Assembly: GCA_963806855.1 (NCBI GenBank)
Contig: CAWDYW010000003.1
Location: forward strand, 256,001-320,000
Source: an uncultured Verrucomicrobiae bacterium
GTDB taxonomy: Bacteria; Chlamydiota; Chlamydiia; Chlamydiales; Rhabdochlamydiaceae
Length of the DNA stretch: 64,000 nucleotides
Direction: 5' to 3'
The position numbers and the translations under genes were made by a program. Below are positions 10,076 through 19,602 of the stretch, one piece after another (position 1 is the first letter of the stretch; each line of letters starts with the position of its first letter). The notes beneath the pieces are model-generated. The model was not told where the DNA came from, did not search any database, and saw only the letters and a program-made list of their open reading frames with translations.

Positions 10076-10897
10076 ATGAGCATAGCTCCTCCAATTAAAA
10101 CAACCCAAGCTACAATACCACTAAGCATAGCTCCTCCAATTCCAACAAACCAAGTTCCAACAGAGACATATTCCCCTATAGACCCGCAATTTCAGGCGGA
10201 TCTGGAGGCTTGGGCAGAGGCAATGGCAGAGGTGCAGCAAGAATATGCACAAATTAAACAACTCGCTGCGCATCTTAAATCTCACTCAACTGATATGTAT
10301 CAGATTATTGTGATCATGGATGTCATGCAGGATCCGTCGCAATCCAAGGTTAAAGGCCAGTCCGATCTTCTTAACGTTGATACCGACATGCGTAACCAAA
10401 TCAATTCGGGCCAGAGCGGATACAATACAGTTGCCAATAGTAACGCTACAGATGTTTCCAACAATGGCGCTCCTGCAGATGCAGTTAACGGCGCAAATGC
10501 GATGATTCAAGCAATGACTCAGCTACAGGCGGAACTTAAGATGTTGCTGGGTGATAAGGCTATCGACGAGCCCACCTTTAATAACTTACAAGGTGCGATT
10601 GATAGCATGGAATCACCCTTTGGTAATGGTAACTGGGGCAATGGAAATGATGTAGCTTCGGATATTATAACTTGGGTTGGCGCAGCGAGCGGTGGTACGA
10701 ATACGCCGGAGATAAAAACGGTCCAAGATGCTTTTCAAAATCAAATCCAGACGACATCGGCACTTTCGTCATCGACTAACACGCAGCTTCAATTCGTAAT
10801 GGAGGAAGCTAAGACGATTTTGGGAGCCTGGCAGACTTCAATGCAGGCTTACCTAAAGATGACTTCGGCGTTAGTACAGGATCAAAAATCAAGCTAA
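10076..10897 (+). CDS. Putative T3SS-secreted protein, possibly tip/filament-like
   Basis: Q/N/S/T/A-rich and helical; low-complexity N-terminus with a SIAPPI duplication; first gene of the operon containing CopB/CopD-like genes. Confidence 0.6.
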   Translation: MSIAPPIKTTQATIPLSIAPPIPTNQVPTETYSPIDPQFQADLEAWAEAMAEVQQEYAQIKQLAAHLKSHSTDMYQIIVIMDVMQDPSQSKVKGQSDLLNVDTDMRNQINSGQSGYNTVANSNATDVSNNGAPADAVNGANAMIQAMTQLQAELKMLLGDKAIDEPTFNNLQGAIDSMESPFGNGNWGNGNDVASDIITWVGAASGGTNTPEIKTVQDAFQNQIQTTSALSSSTNTQLQFVMEEAKTILGAWQTSMQAYLKMTSALVQDQKSS

Positions 10898-10917
10898 TAA
10901 TAAAGGAGATAAAAAAG

Positions 10918-11400
10918 ATGGGAACACCAATAAAATTACAACCGGCAGATCTAAAACACCTAGAGGCTGGAGGAAGATCGAGCTTTCTATATGCGATGAT
11001 GAAAGCCATTTCGAATGACCAGAGCTCGATGCAAAATTCGCAGATTATCAGCTCTGTTACGACCGAGCTCGCCGCAAAAATACAAACAGCAATTTATGCT
11101 TATTATAATAACTCTTCGACCGTACCGGGCACATTAGCCTATGATGTCCAAAAGCTCCAAGATGCTGCTGCTCGGGGTGATACTAACTCGCCTGACGGGA
11201 CTGTATATTGGAATACAAAGTTTAACGAAGACTCCGCAACAGCGCAGGGGTGTGAGGGAGCGCAGCAAGGGGTCGTTGAGGACTGTCAGGCAGTGGTTCC
11301 AGCGATATCCCAAGAATTAGGAGTGATCGTGACGTCAGGTCAAGGGCTTATGAGCTACATGTCAGCAGGGTCTAATTATTTGGGAAATGTTGTTAATTAA
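10918..11400 (+). CDS. Putative T3SS-secreted helical protein
   Basis: AAGGAG RBS; Q/S-rich helical composition; operon context. Confidence 0.6.
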   Translation: MGTPIKLQPADLKHLEAGGRSSFLYAMMKAISNDQSSMQNSQIISSVTTELAAKIQTAIYAYYNNSSTVPGTLAYDVQKLQDAAARGDTNSPDGTVYWNTKFNEDSATAQGCEGAQQGVVEDCQAVVPAISQELGVIVTSGQGLMSYMSAGSNYLGNVVN

Positions 11401-11425
11401 TAAATTAATAAAAAGGGGAAATAGT

Positions 11426-12817
11426 ATGGCATTACAAGACAATCTAGCAATTTCGCAGTCGCAATTCGCAGCAGAATCTTCTGCACTCAATTTGGTGTCT
11501 GAGAAGGATAAGAAAAAGCAGCGAGAAGAACTTGCCCATTTGGCATCTATCCTTGTAGCTCTTAAAGAAGCTCTCTCTGGAGCAAAATCGGGAGAGAGTG
11601 GCAAGGCTGCCGCAAAAGGAGAGGGGAAAATTGTCAATTTAGGTCCTCCAAGTGGCGGAAGTGCCACAGTTGGCAATGATAATGGACTTCGCTCTTTAGC
11701 AGATGCAATGGCTGAAATGGAAATGATCCTACAGTTGCTTCAAATGACAATTGTGCAAGAAGGGCAGAAAAAAGCGACTATTGATCAGAATATCGCACAG
11801 ATTCAAGTTCAGCTTTCGAAAGCTAACTTAGAAAAGACAGTTGAGCAGCTTCAAAAGATTGCAACGATGTCATTTTGGGAGAAGATTGCAGAGTGGTTTG
11901 TTGCAGCTGTTTCTGCGATTGCAGCTTTTGTGACACTGAACCCAGAGCTACTTGCAATTACTGTACTGTCAGTTCTTGCTGCTACTGGAGCACTCTCGGC
12001 ACTCACATCAGGCATTTCTTCGCTTTTACAAGATATGGGAGTCCCTAAAGATGACGCTAATATCGCAGCTTCAGTTTTTGTCGTTGTTCTCACAATTGTA
12101 TGTTCGTTTGGATTAGGTTCTATTTCAGCTCCGGAAGCTGTTGCTGAAAATGCAGGTGAGATCGAAATGGAGCAAATTACCGAAGAGGTTACCGAAGAGG
12201 TTGCTTCACAAGTTGGCCAGGCAGGAGCAGAGGGAGCAAACGGCTCAAGTTCAACTTTACAAAAAGCGCTTGGCTTCCTTAAGCAACTCAGCAGCCGTTT
12301 GAGCCCAGGTGTAAAAGCAGCGATTGTAGGCGGATTTCAATCGATTTCTTCGACAGGATTATTCACCAATATTGTAGAAGCAACAAAAACATCAGATCAA
12401 GAGAAACAAAATATCGAAGAGATCCTTGGGATAGTCGTAGCGGTTTTGGCAGTCATTGCGACGATCGGTGCTTCGCTTAGCACAGCTGGAAACGCAACGA
12501 GTAAAATCACAGAGAAACTGGTTAAAGAGGCAGGTTCGATCTTTAAGATACTGAGCTACAGTCAAGCGGCTGGAGGGCTAGCACAAGGATCCTTTAGTAT
12601 AGCGCAGGGAGTTTTTGAGAAATTTCTGGCTGATGCTAAAGCAGGCTTTGAATTGTTGCAGGCACAACAGAAGATGACTAGTGCTCAGACAGCAGATGAC
12701 CAAAAGACCATGTCAACCGTGCTTAAAAGCATAGGTGTTGACCCTAAGACGATTCGCGAGCTAGTGGCAGGAGACGCCGCAATTGCAAATTTGATAACTG
12801 AACACTCACCAGTTTAA
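11426..12817 (+). CDS. Major translocator CopB/SctE-like
   Basis: Coiled coil, then a bilobed hydrophobic region (FWEKIAEWFVAAVSAIAAFV..; IAASVFVVVLTIVCSFG), a further TM and a C-terminal coiled coil; ATG 11426 follows an AGGGG RBS. Confidence 0.75.
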   Translation: MALQDNLAISQSQFAAESSALNLVSEKDKKKQREELAHLASILVALKEALSGAKSGESGKAAAKGEGKIVNLGPPSGGSATVGNDNGLRSLADAMAEMEMILQLLQMTIVQEGQKKATIDQNIAQIQVQLSKANLEKTVEQLQKIATMSFWEKIAEWFVAAVSAIAAFVTLNPELLAITVLSVLAATGALSALTSGISSLLQDMGVPKDDANIAASVFVVVLTIVCSFGLGSISAPEAVAENAGEIEMEQITEEVTEEVASQVGQAGAEGANGSSSTLQKALGFLKQLSSRLSPGVKAAIVGGFQSISSTGLFTNIVEATKTSDQEKQNIEEILGIVVAVLAVIATIGASLSTAGNATSKITEKLVKEAGSIFKILSYSQAAGGLAQGSFSIAQGVFEKFLADAKAGFELLQAQQKMTSAQTADDQKTMSTVLKSIGVDPKTIRELVAGDAAIANLITEHSPV

Positions 12818-12852
12818 TAAAAAATAAAATAATAAAAAAAGAGGAAAAAATT

Positions 12853-13806
12853 ATGCCAACATCAGTAAATAATAATCAGGGGCAAGTTCAAGGCAACCAA
12901 AATGGTAGCGGAAATGGCTCCATAGGGTCGCAGATATCGGCAGGGTCTGCTGCTTTAGTATACCAGATGATCAACGAAATCATGGATCTGCAAACTCAAA
13001 TCATGAAGTATGACCAGGTACAAAAAGTGAACATGATCCAGGCCCAAAATCAAGCGGCTAATAGCCAGGCTGAAGCAACTGAAAACAGTGGTTTGACCCA
13101 GGCGATCATGTATGGAGTGATGGGCGCGGCTTCTATTGGAGGTGTAGTTGTAGGCCAAGTGGCTCAGTACAAGACCTTAAATACACCTGCTGGTCAAAAA
13201 GCAGAGCTAGACTTTAATACTGCAAACGAAAAGCTCAATGCCTTTAAGGAGCCACAAGCTGCATTATTAGAAGCAAATAAGCCAGTGGCCCCAAATAGAG
13301 GGAACCTGCCACCCGCAGTCGATGAACCGACGCAAGATCAGATCGATGCTCGTGTGCGTGAATTACGGGATGTTAAAGATTTTAAAGATCTTAAAAATAA
13401 TAAGACGGATGTAGCAGCACTTAAGAAGATGCAAAGTGATGCACCTGCAAATGCAGCTAACAAAGCCGCATTTGAAGCTAAAAATGTGCAACTTAATAGC
13501 GAGATTGAGGGCCCAAGAATGGAATACAATTCTGCCGTAACTGCAAGAGCTACTTTGCACACTACAGCAACTAATAACAAACAGGTGGTGGATACTATAG
13601 TTAATGGACTTAGTAGTGCTGCCCAAGCTGGGGGTAATGGAGTTAAAGCTGGATTTGATGCAACGAATTCAATGGCACAGACCGCAGGGCAAATGGCGGG
13701 ATCTTCTACTGGAGATATGGGCCAAGCAATGGGGAAAGCATTGGAAGCAGAGCTTGCTCAGGTTCAAATGTGGAAAAGTATGGTAGAGAGCGCCTCTAGA
13801 GTTTAA
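12853..13806 (+). CDS. Minor translocator CopD/SctB-like
   Basis: Single hydrophobic segment (AIMYGVMGAASIGGVVVG) and an amphipathic C-terminus; directly follows the CopB-like gene. Confidence 0.65.
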   Translation: MPTSVNNNQGQVQGNQNGSGNGSIGSQISAGSAALVYQMINEIMDLQTQIMKYDQVQKVNMIQAQNQAANSQAEATENSGLTQAIMYGVMGAASIGGVVVGQVAQYKTLNTPAGQKAELDFNTANEKLNAFKEPQAALLEANKPVAPNRGNLPPAVDEPTQDQIDARVRELRDVKDFKDLKNNKTDVAALKKMQSDAPANAANKAAFEAKNVQLNSEIEGPRMEYNSAVTARATLHTTATNNKQVVDTIVNGLSSAAQAGGNGVKAGFDATNSMAQTAGQMAGSSTGDMGQAMGKALEAELAQVQMWKSMVESASRV

Positions 13807-13814
13807 TCCTCCAC

Positions 13815-13848
13815 ATGCCGCCGAACAAAGGGTTCGGCGGTATTATTT
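13815..13848 (+). terminator. Stem-loop / possible terminator after the CopD-like gene
   Basis: atgccgccgaac-aaagg-gttcggcggtat followed by an AT-rich tail. Confidence 0.6.
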
Positions 13849-13867
13849 AATAAAAAAGGTGAATATA

Positions 13868-16474
13868 ATGATTTCTTTAAATCCTTTTAGTTCTTCCCAT
13901 AGAAGTTGGCTTAGGGATAACTATACCAGTACAATAGATGGAATTCGTCTAACTGTGAGTGAGAATGAAAAAGAAGCTTACGCTACTGCATGTGAACTTA
14001 TCCTTCAACGTGAAATTAAAAATGGCAAGTTCGGTTCTGGGTCTCTGAAGGATGTTAAAGATTTTAATATTCCATTGTCGCTCTGTGCAACGTACACTAA
14101 TCCTCAATCAGGCAATACAGAATATGTCGACTTAATAAGCATTGATGATGATGAAGATATCCAAAACGCTCTAAACAACTATTATGAAGTATCGGGAGCT
14201 AAAAAAGCCCTAACTGGTATCTCTATTGCACCCCACTCAAAAGGCAATCTAAGAGGCGCATCCCCATTGGATACAAAGGGTGATGCAGTTCTTATTAAGT
14301 TAATTCAATCCCATACTTTCGGCCATGTATATGACAAACTGTTGCCAGAGATTCTACTGAAATATCCAGATCCACAAAGTAGAGAGATAATAACTCGTCG
14401 TCTGCTCTTTGTAGAAGAGTATCACACAAAAAAGACAGCCTCTCTTGAGGCTGCCATTAAAGCTAAAACAGATGCTCTTGCCAATGCTGGAGGCAATCAA
14501 CAGATCATTCGTAGCTTGCAGAATGAAATCAACCGATTGCAGGGCTTGCTGAACCGGTTCAAGAATGTCGATCTCTACGCACTTTGTAAGGTTCTCCTAT
14601 TTTATCCTATTGAAACACCTTCAAATGAACAGATTAATCAGCTCACAAGCTTTTTAGAAAATAGTGTCAGCCAAGATATTTATGATCAAGGGGCTTCATG
14701 GGCAGATAAAATACCTTTCAGAAAACGACGAGAGCTTACAGCAGCGCAAAATGAATATGCTAAACGTGTGGCTGCAGTGGCCTGTAAAAGTCGAGAAGAG
14801 TACTTTAGGTATTGCGAGAAACATAATCTCCCAAAGGAAAATGAGGGAATCGAAGACTTATACCTGCGCGAAGCGCTCAAGTTTTCAACAAATTTCTCGG
14901 TTAAGCCTGATGGGACATACTCTTTTGCTAGAGAATACGAAGCCGAAGGGTTTCAAAAGAGTATCCTCCTCAACGGATTTCCTGAGCCTCTTAAAACTGA
15001 ACTTAAAGGAGAGTTTGCGAAATTTGGAGTCCTTGCAACTCATGCCATCGGCTTTCGCAACCCCGGTGAATATGAAGTCGCCCCTCCAGAAGCCTACCCA
15101 GACCCAGCCAATGTGACTGAAGCGGCGAAAAAAGCGGTCGATGCACGGAATGCTGCCAAAGCCAAAGCGGATGTAGCAACTTTAAAAGAACATATCGCAG
15201 CTCATCGGTCAAGAGTCAGAAGAGACATGACCGTCGATCAGCTGCCGCAGCCTGCAAATCCTGGACCCCTCGATGCTTCGGTGGTAGCGTCGGGACCTTT
15301 AGCGTCATTAGCGCCACGAGTTTTAACGGCTGCAACAGCAGCGGTAACTATAGGGACTCAGTTGGTTCCGGCAGCTATCGAAGCCGCGACCCCGTGGGTC
15401 CCAACGTTCGTAGAAGGTGGCAGCAGGGCAATCCAAGCAATCGGCTCATGGGTACCACAGAGCGTAGTAAATGGCGTCAGAGCTATCCAAGCACTCGCTC
15501 CCGAAGTACCAGAGATCGTAGTAAGCGGAGGCAGAGCTATCCAATCAGTCACGCCCTGGGTAACACAGACCGCAGTAAACGTCTTCAGCGCTATTCAGAA
15601 TCACCCTGGAACAACTATGGTTCTTGGGACACTTGCAAATAGGGCGCTTGCAAATACTTGGGCAAATGAGCGCGGGCCTGATGGAATTGTGCGTCGCAGA
15701 TTCAAGCCAAAACGGGTCCTCGCGATGATGGCAGTTGGGACGGCGGGAGCTTTAGCATACTATCATGCTCCACAAGCTGCCCAACAAATGATTCTCGCAA
15801 CGGCAGATCAATTTAAGAATTGGATTTTTCTCCCAGCGAATGTCGCTGCTAAGCTTTTCGCCGGGCTTTTCGTCGTTGAGAAAGTTGCAAAGACTGTAAA
15901 CTCCAACATCAAAGAGCGCAAGTGGGTCAGATTGGGCGGTCTCCTAGCAGTTGGAACTGCAGCAGTCCTCATGTATCGAGCGGTCAATGATGGCGTTGTC
16001 GACAATAAAGTCCTGGAGATAGCCGGAGACTGGGTCGGGTCACAGCTCACAACATTGACTGACATAGCATATAATGCCTATGACTACAGTAGCGCGACCA
16101 GAGTGGCTTCTATGATCGGGCTTTCGTGGCTACTCGCATGGAAAGAAGGAAAATCGTTATCCCCTCCTGAAGTGGTAGCTTCAGTTGCGATGGGAATGTC
16201 GGTTAAGAAATTCTTAGTCGCTGGTAAAGAGGTCGTAAATAGAGAATTACCTCAGCCAGTTGCCACGATCCTCAATGCTCCAGCTGATGGCATATTGGAA
16301 TCCGTTGAAACTGCCACCATGGTCCAAAATGGTACGAAGCTCGGCGAAGCCGCCGTCGGAATCTGGGGCTTTGCTGGGAAATTCTTTAGTAAAGCATCAG
16401 AAATGGCCGGCGGTCTCAGGGACGCCTATGAGCAAATGAGACTGGCAAAGACCCCTCCATCCTGCCTAATTTAA
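13868..16474 (+). CDS. Large hypothetical protein, putative effector with 18-aa repeats and C-terminal hydrophobic segments
   Basis: About 870-aa ORF; AIQ..W(V) repeats at about 15375-15600. Confidence 0.7.
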   Translation: MISLNPFSSSHRSWLRDNYTSTIDGIRLTVSENEKEAYATACELILQREIKNGKFGSGSLKDVKDFNIPLSLCATYTNPQSGNTEYVDLISIDDDEDIQNALNNYYEVSGAKKALTGISIAPHSKGNLRGASPLDTKGDAVLIKLIQSHTFGHVYDKLLPEILLKYPDPQSREIITRRLLFVEEYHTKKTASLEAAIKAKTDALANAGGNQQIIRSLQNEINRLQGLLNRFKNVDLYALCKVLLFYPIETPSNEQINQLTSFLENSVSQDIYDQGASWADKIPFRKRRELTAAQNEYAKRVAAVACKSREEYFRYCEKHNLPKENEGIEDLYLREALKFSTNFSVKPDGTYSFAREYEAEGFQKSILLNGFPEPLKTELKGEFAKFGVLATHAIGFRNPGEYEVAPPEAYPDPANVTEAAKKAVDARNAAKAKADVATLKEHIAAHRSRVRRDMTVDQLPQPANPGPLDASVVASGPLASLAPRVLTAATAAVTIGTQLVPAAIEAATPWVPTFVEGGSRAIQAIGSWVPQSVVNGVRAIQALAPEVPEIVVSGGRAIQSVTPWVTQTAVNVFSAIQNHPGTTMVLGTLANRALANTWANERGPDGIVRRRFKPKRVLAMMAVGTAGALAYYHAPQAAQQMILATADQFKNWIFLPANVAAKLFAGLFVVEKVAKTVNSNIKERKWVRLGGLLAVGTAAVLMYRAVNDGVVDNKVLEIAGDWVGSQLTTLTDIAYNAYDYSSATRVASMIGLSWLLAWKEGKSLSPPEVVASVAMGMSVKKFLVAGKEVVNRELPQPVATILNAPADGILESVETATMVQNGTKLGEAAVGIWGFAGKFFSKASEMAGGLRDAYEQMRLAKTPPSCLI

Positions 16475-16558
16475 ATAAGGCTCTAGTTTTTCTTCCTTGC
16501 AATTTGAACTCTGAAGGAGTATGAATACATACTTTCCAAACGCAAACAAGGAAAGAAT

Positions 16559-17623
16559 ATGTTATACCGAAACAACCTGAAGAATCGGGAATTCGACAAG
16601 GAGGCGGCGCAAATTTTGGAGTCTGGAGCGAGCGACATTGTTCTAAACTGCGGCGCGAGCGAAGACCCAAAATTTGTTGCCAAGCCGACGCCGTCGAAAA
16701 CAGATTCTTCAGGTTGTTTCGGTATATATAAACTCCTTCTCCTCGCTTTATTATTCTTAAGTCCATTATATCCTTCTGATGAGGTTTCCATGACGCTCAA
16801 TGAACTGCTCCCATCCAATCCTTTTGTCCTCTCCGCTGAGAAGGTGGAAGAGATCCTTGATTGCTGTGGAATTGAAGTGGAGGAGCTGCTGCAAAGGCTC
16901 ATCCCGGTTGCCAAAACATTCGCAAGGCCCCCTATTTCTGAGTACAAGGTGGGGATTGCGGCTCTTGGGAAAAGTGGCACCATCTATTTGGGGGTCAACC
17001 TCGAATTTCCGGGGTGCCCGTTGAATTCCTGCATCCACGGGGAGCAATTTCTAGTCGCCAATGCCCGTAACTATGGGGAAACGGAGCTCGTCGCCATTGC
17101 CCTATCAGCTGCTCCCTGCGGCCATTGCAGGCAATTTCTAAATGAGATAGGTGGAGATGGGGGTTTGAGGATTTTGACCCCAAATAAGGCCCCTACAACG
17201 CTAGCAGCCCTCCTCCCCGAGCCATTTGGTCCCCAGGATCTCGGCCTGTCGGGGAATCTGCTGACCATGCCCGATCAATGCAGGCTCATTGTCCATGGAT
17301 CGAAGCTGATTGCCCGCGCGATCGAGGCAGCCGAAGCCTCCTACGCCCCCTATAGCCTGTCGAAATCAGGGGTGGCGATCGAGACATTCGATGGAAAAAT
17401 CTACTTGGGATCACATCTGGAGAATGCTGCCTTCAATCCGAGCATTTCTCCCTTGCAGGCTGCCCTCGTCGTCCTGGTGGCCGATTTGAAGGACTACAGC
17501 GAAATTCGGGTCGTGGCTTTCTATGAGCATCCGAATGCCAAAATCAGCCAAGAAAATGCTTCTAGGGTGCTGCTGAAGCAGATTGCTCCTGAAGCTCGAT
17601 TCATTGTAGGCAATCCCACTTGA
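16559..17623 (+). CDS. cdd: Cytidine deaminase (long, two-domain type); alternative start at 16790
   Basis: GVNLEF..IHGEQ, PCGHCRQFLNE, LLPEPFGP, SYAPYS, ENAAFNPS motifs. Confidence 0.92.
   Translation: MLYRNNLKNREFDKEAAQILESGASDIVLNCGASEDPKFVAKPTPSKTDSSGCFGIYKLLLLALLFLSPLYPSDEVSMTLNELLPSNPFVLSAEKVEEILDCCGIEVEELLQRLIPVAKTFARPPISEYKVGIAALGKSGTIYLGVNLEFPGCPLNSCIHGEQFLVANARNYGETELVAIALSAAPCGHCRQFLNEIGGDGGLRILTPNKAPTTLAALLPEPFGPQDLGLSGNLLTMPDQCRLIVHGSKLIARAIEAAEASYAPYSLSKSGVAIETFDGKIYLGSHLENAAFNPSISPLQAALVVLVADLKDYSEIRVVAFYEHPNAKISQENASRVLLKQIAPEARFIVGNPT
16563..16726. mobile_element. MITE-like palindromic element with 24-bp perfect TIRs and TA ends
   Basis: tataccgaaacaacctgaagaatc ... gattcttcaggttgtttcggtata; partial copies at 9530-9587 and 37213-37247. 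Confidence 0.85.
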
Positions 17624-17647
17624 CGCGCCCATTTTTTTTAAATTCAA

Positions 17648-17705
17648 TAAAACACCCCCCTGTTTTGATGAGCAGCCCATTAAAACACCCCCCTGTTTCG
17701 ATGAG
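17648..17705. repeat. 25-bp direct repeat x2, 33-bp period
   Basis: taaaacacccccctgtttYgatgag at 17648 and 17681. Confidence 0.85.
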
Positions 17706-17868
17706 ATCTTTATGCAACACGCTCTTTACCAATTGGTTATATCAAACTCGACAAATGCCTAATGCATAGTATGAGAGGGCTCTGCAACGCATTGAAAAAT
17801 ATGCCGAATTATTGCACGCAGCAAATCCTAGCAGAAGACCAATGCTGGTGAGTTAATTGTACCCTCTT

Positions 17869-19101
17869 TCAATAAAGTAAGCCAAAAACCCACAGGGGGA
17901 TTTTTTTTCCTACTCCAATTTCAATATCATCTACGGCCAAATAGGCATTTGGATGATCTTTGACCTGTAGGAAGCTTTTGTTCTTCCCACCAACCTCAAA
18001 CAGGAATTCGCCATCTATTAAGAAATCGCCGTTCATTGGTAATTCAAGGTCATGGTTTTGAGATAGCATACAAAGGAAAAAAGTCTCTCTTACAGTTCCA
18101 ATTTCAGGTGTTTTCGAAGTGATCGCGTAGAGCTGGTTCGTGTTGTCGAGATAGACTTTACTAGAGGATTCAATTTTACTTAACTTATCGGAAGCTTTCG
18201 CTATGGAATTGATGAGAGAAGCATCTTGCAAATGTGAAAAATAGGACTTGAGTGTTCTCATATCTCCTATGTCGAGGATGTTCATGATTTTAGTCCAATT
18301 GGGAATGAAGGGGACTGCGTTGGCGATAAAAATTAGAAGTTCTTTTATCTTTTTTTCACTGCTTCCAGCTAGGTGAGGATAGATTGCCGCTAAATCTGAC
18401 TCGATCGTCATATGAAAATTTTGTTCTAATACGATCTTGTAAGCATCTATATCTTGGATTTCGAACAGATAGGGATAATATCCAACCTTTATGTAACGAT
18501 GAAATTCTGGAATAACTTTAAGATTTTTTTCCTCAAGTGTTTTTAAAATCAAATCGCAGATTCTTTGATGATCCTTGCAAATCTCGCTTAAAGAGAAATA
18601 GGGGAGATCAATACCGTGCGATAGTTCTAAGAATTCTCGGAAGGAAAGCCCTTGCATCGAATAGGAAATCGAACGACGGCTAAGATCGTGAGTCCCTTTG
18701 TAGATTTCTAATGCAGAACTGCCCGAGATATAGAGCTCTAAATCAGCAAATGAGTCATAAATGCTCTTCAATTCTTTCGACCAGTTGGGGTATTTATGGA
18801 TTTCATCAATTGCAAGCCATTTTCCTCCCATCATGTGAAACTGCTCTGCGATTTCATAAAGGGAAGAGGTCCCCAAAATGAAATGATCTGCTTGTACATA
18901 CAAGATCCTGGGATCAAATCGGTTGCCCCCTACTTTTTTTAGAAGAAGTTGAACTAAGGTCGTAGTCTTTCCTACCCCTCGCTGCCCTACGATAATCGAC
19001 ATCCTATGGGTAAATTTTTTAGTGCGAATAAAGTAGCGTTCATAGGGGGAGTTTTTGATTTTAAGGAACTTTTGGCTTAGCTCTACAATCTTTTCATGCA
19101 T
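17869..19101 (-). CDS. AAA+ ATPase (AAA_14/DUF4143-like) with a central wHTH-like segment and a C-terminal PD-(D/E)XK-like segment
   Basis: GQRGVGKTT, AIDEIHKY, SGSSAL, DLSRR, GYYPY, DFLID..FEVGG; AT-rich relative to its neighbours. Confidence 0.88.
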   Translation of the reverse strand: MHEKIVELSQKFLKIKNSPYERYFIRTKKFTHRMSIIVGQRGVGKTTTLVQLLLKKVGGNRFDPRILYVQADHFILGTSSLYEIAEQFHMMGGKWLAIDEIHKYPNWSKELKSIYDSFADLELYISGSSALEIYKGTHDLSRRSISYSMQGLSFREFLELSHGIDLPYFSLSEICKDHQRICDLILKTLEEKNLKVIPEFHRYIKVGYYPYLFEIQDIDAYKIVLEQNFHMTIESDLAAIYPHLAGSSEKKIKELLIFIANAVPFIPNWTKIMNILDIGDMRTLKSYFSHLQDASLINSIAKASDKLSKIESSSKVYLDNTNQLYAITSKTPEIGTVRETFFLCMLSQNHDLELPMNGDFLIDGEFLFEVGGKNKSFLQVKDHPNAYLAVDDIEIGVGKKIPLWVFGLLY

Positions 19102-19147
19102 AGAGTGATCTCATGGGGTTCTGTGTTATATTCCATATATATCAGAT

Positions 19148-19367
19148 AAAACTAAGGAATGCAATCCATAACTTTTTAAAGAAAACATGGAATGAATTAC
19201 ATAGTTAATGCAAAGGACTGAAAATCAATGAGTTATTGGCGATTTGTTGGGGGCCTGCTTCTTGATGCAGTCCCTCTCGATGATCACTTCTTTGATGGAG
19301 GGACCAAGGGGATGTCGTACATCGTTTTGAGTAGGAGGCTTTCGGCGATCATCTGCAGGGCGCGAGC
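19148..19367 (-). pseudogene. Degenerate duplicate of the clpX 3' end plus its downstream region
   Basis: Aligns with 19518-19743. Confidence 0.85.
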
Positions 19368-19602
19368 ATCGCTAGTCCTGAAAATAGGCTTTTTTAAAAG
19401 TTCGGCTATCAAGGCCTGATATTAGGAAGTTCTTATAGTAGAATATGTAATACATGCACTCAATGAAAGTCAATGAGTGCATCCGTTACATAATCCATTT
19501 TGGTAAGCTCTTGAAAAAAAACTATGGAATGCAATCCATAACTTTTCGTAAAAAGCATGGAATGCATTCCATGGTTATTGCAATGGACTGAAAATCAATG
19601 AG

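Noticed and set aside
16483..16983. Minus-strand 166-aa ORF over cdd
   Set aside because: Shadow of cdd plus the palindromic element.
19228..19419. Plus-strand ORF similar to 19598-19996
   Set aside because: Both are antisense shadows of the clpX 3' end and its duplicate.
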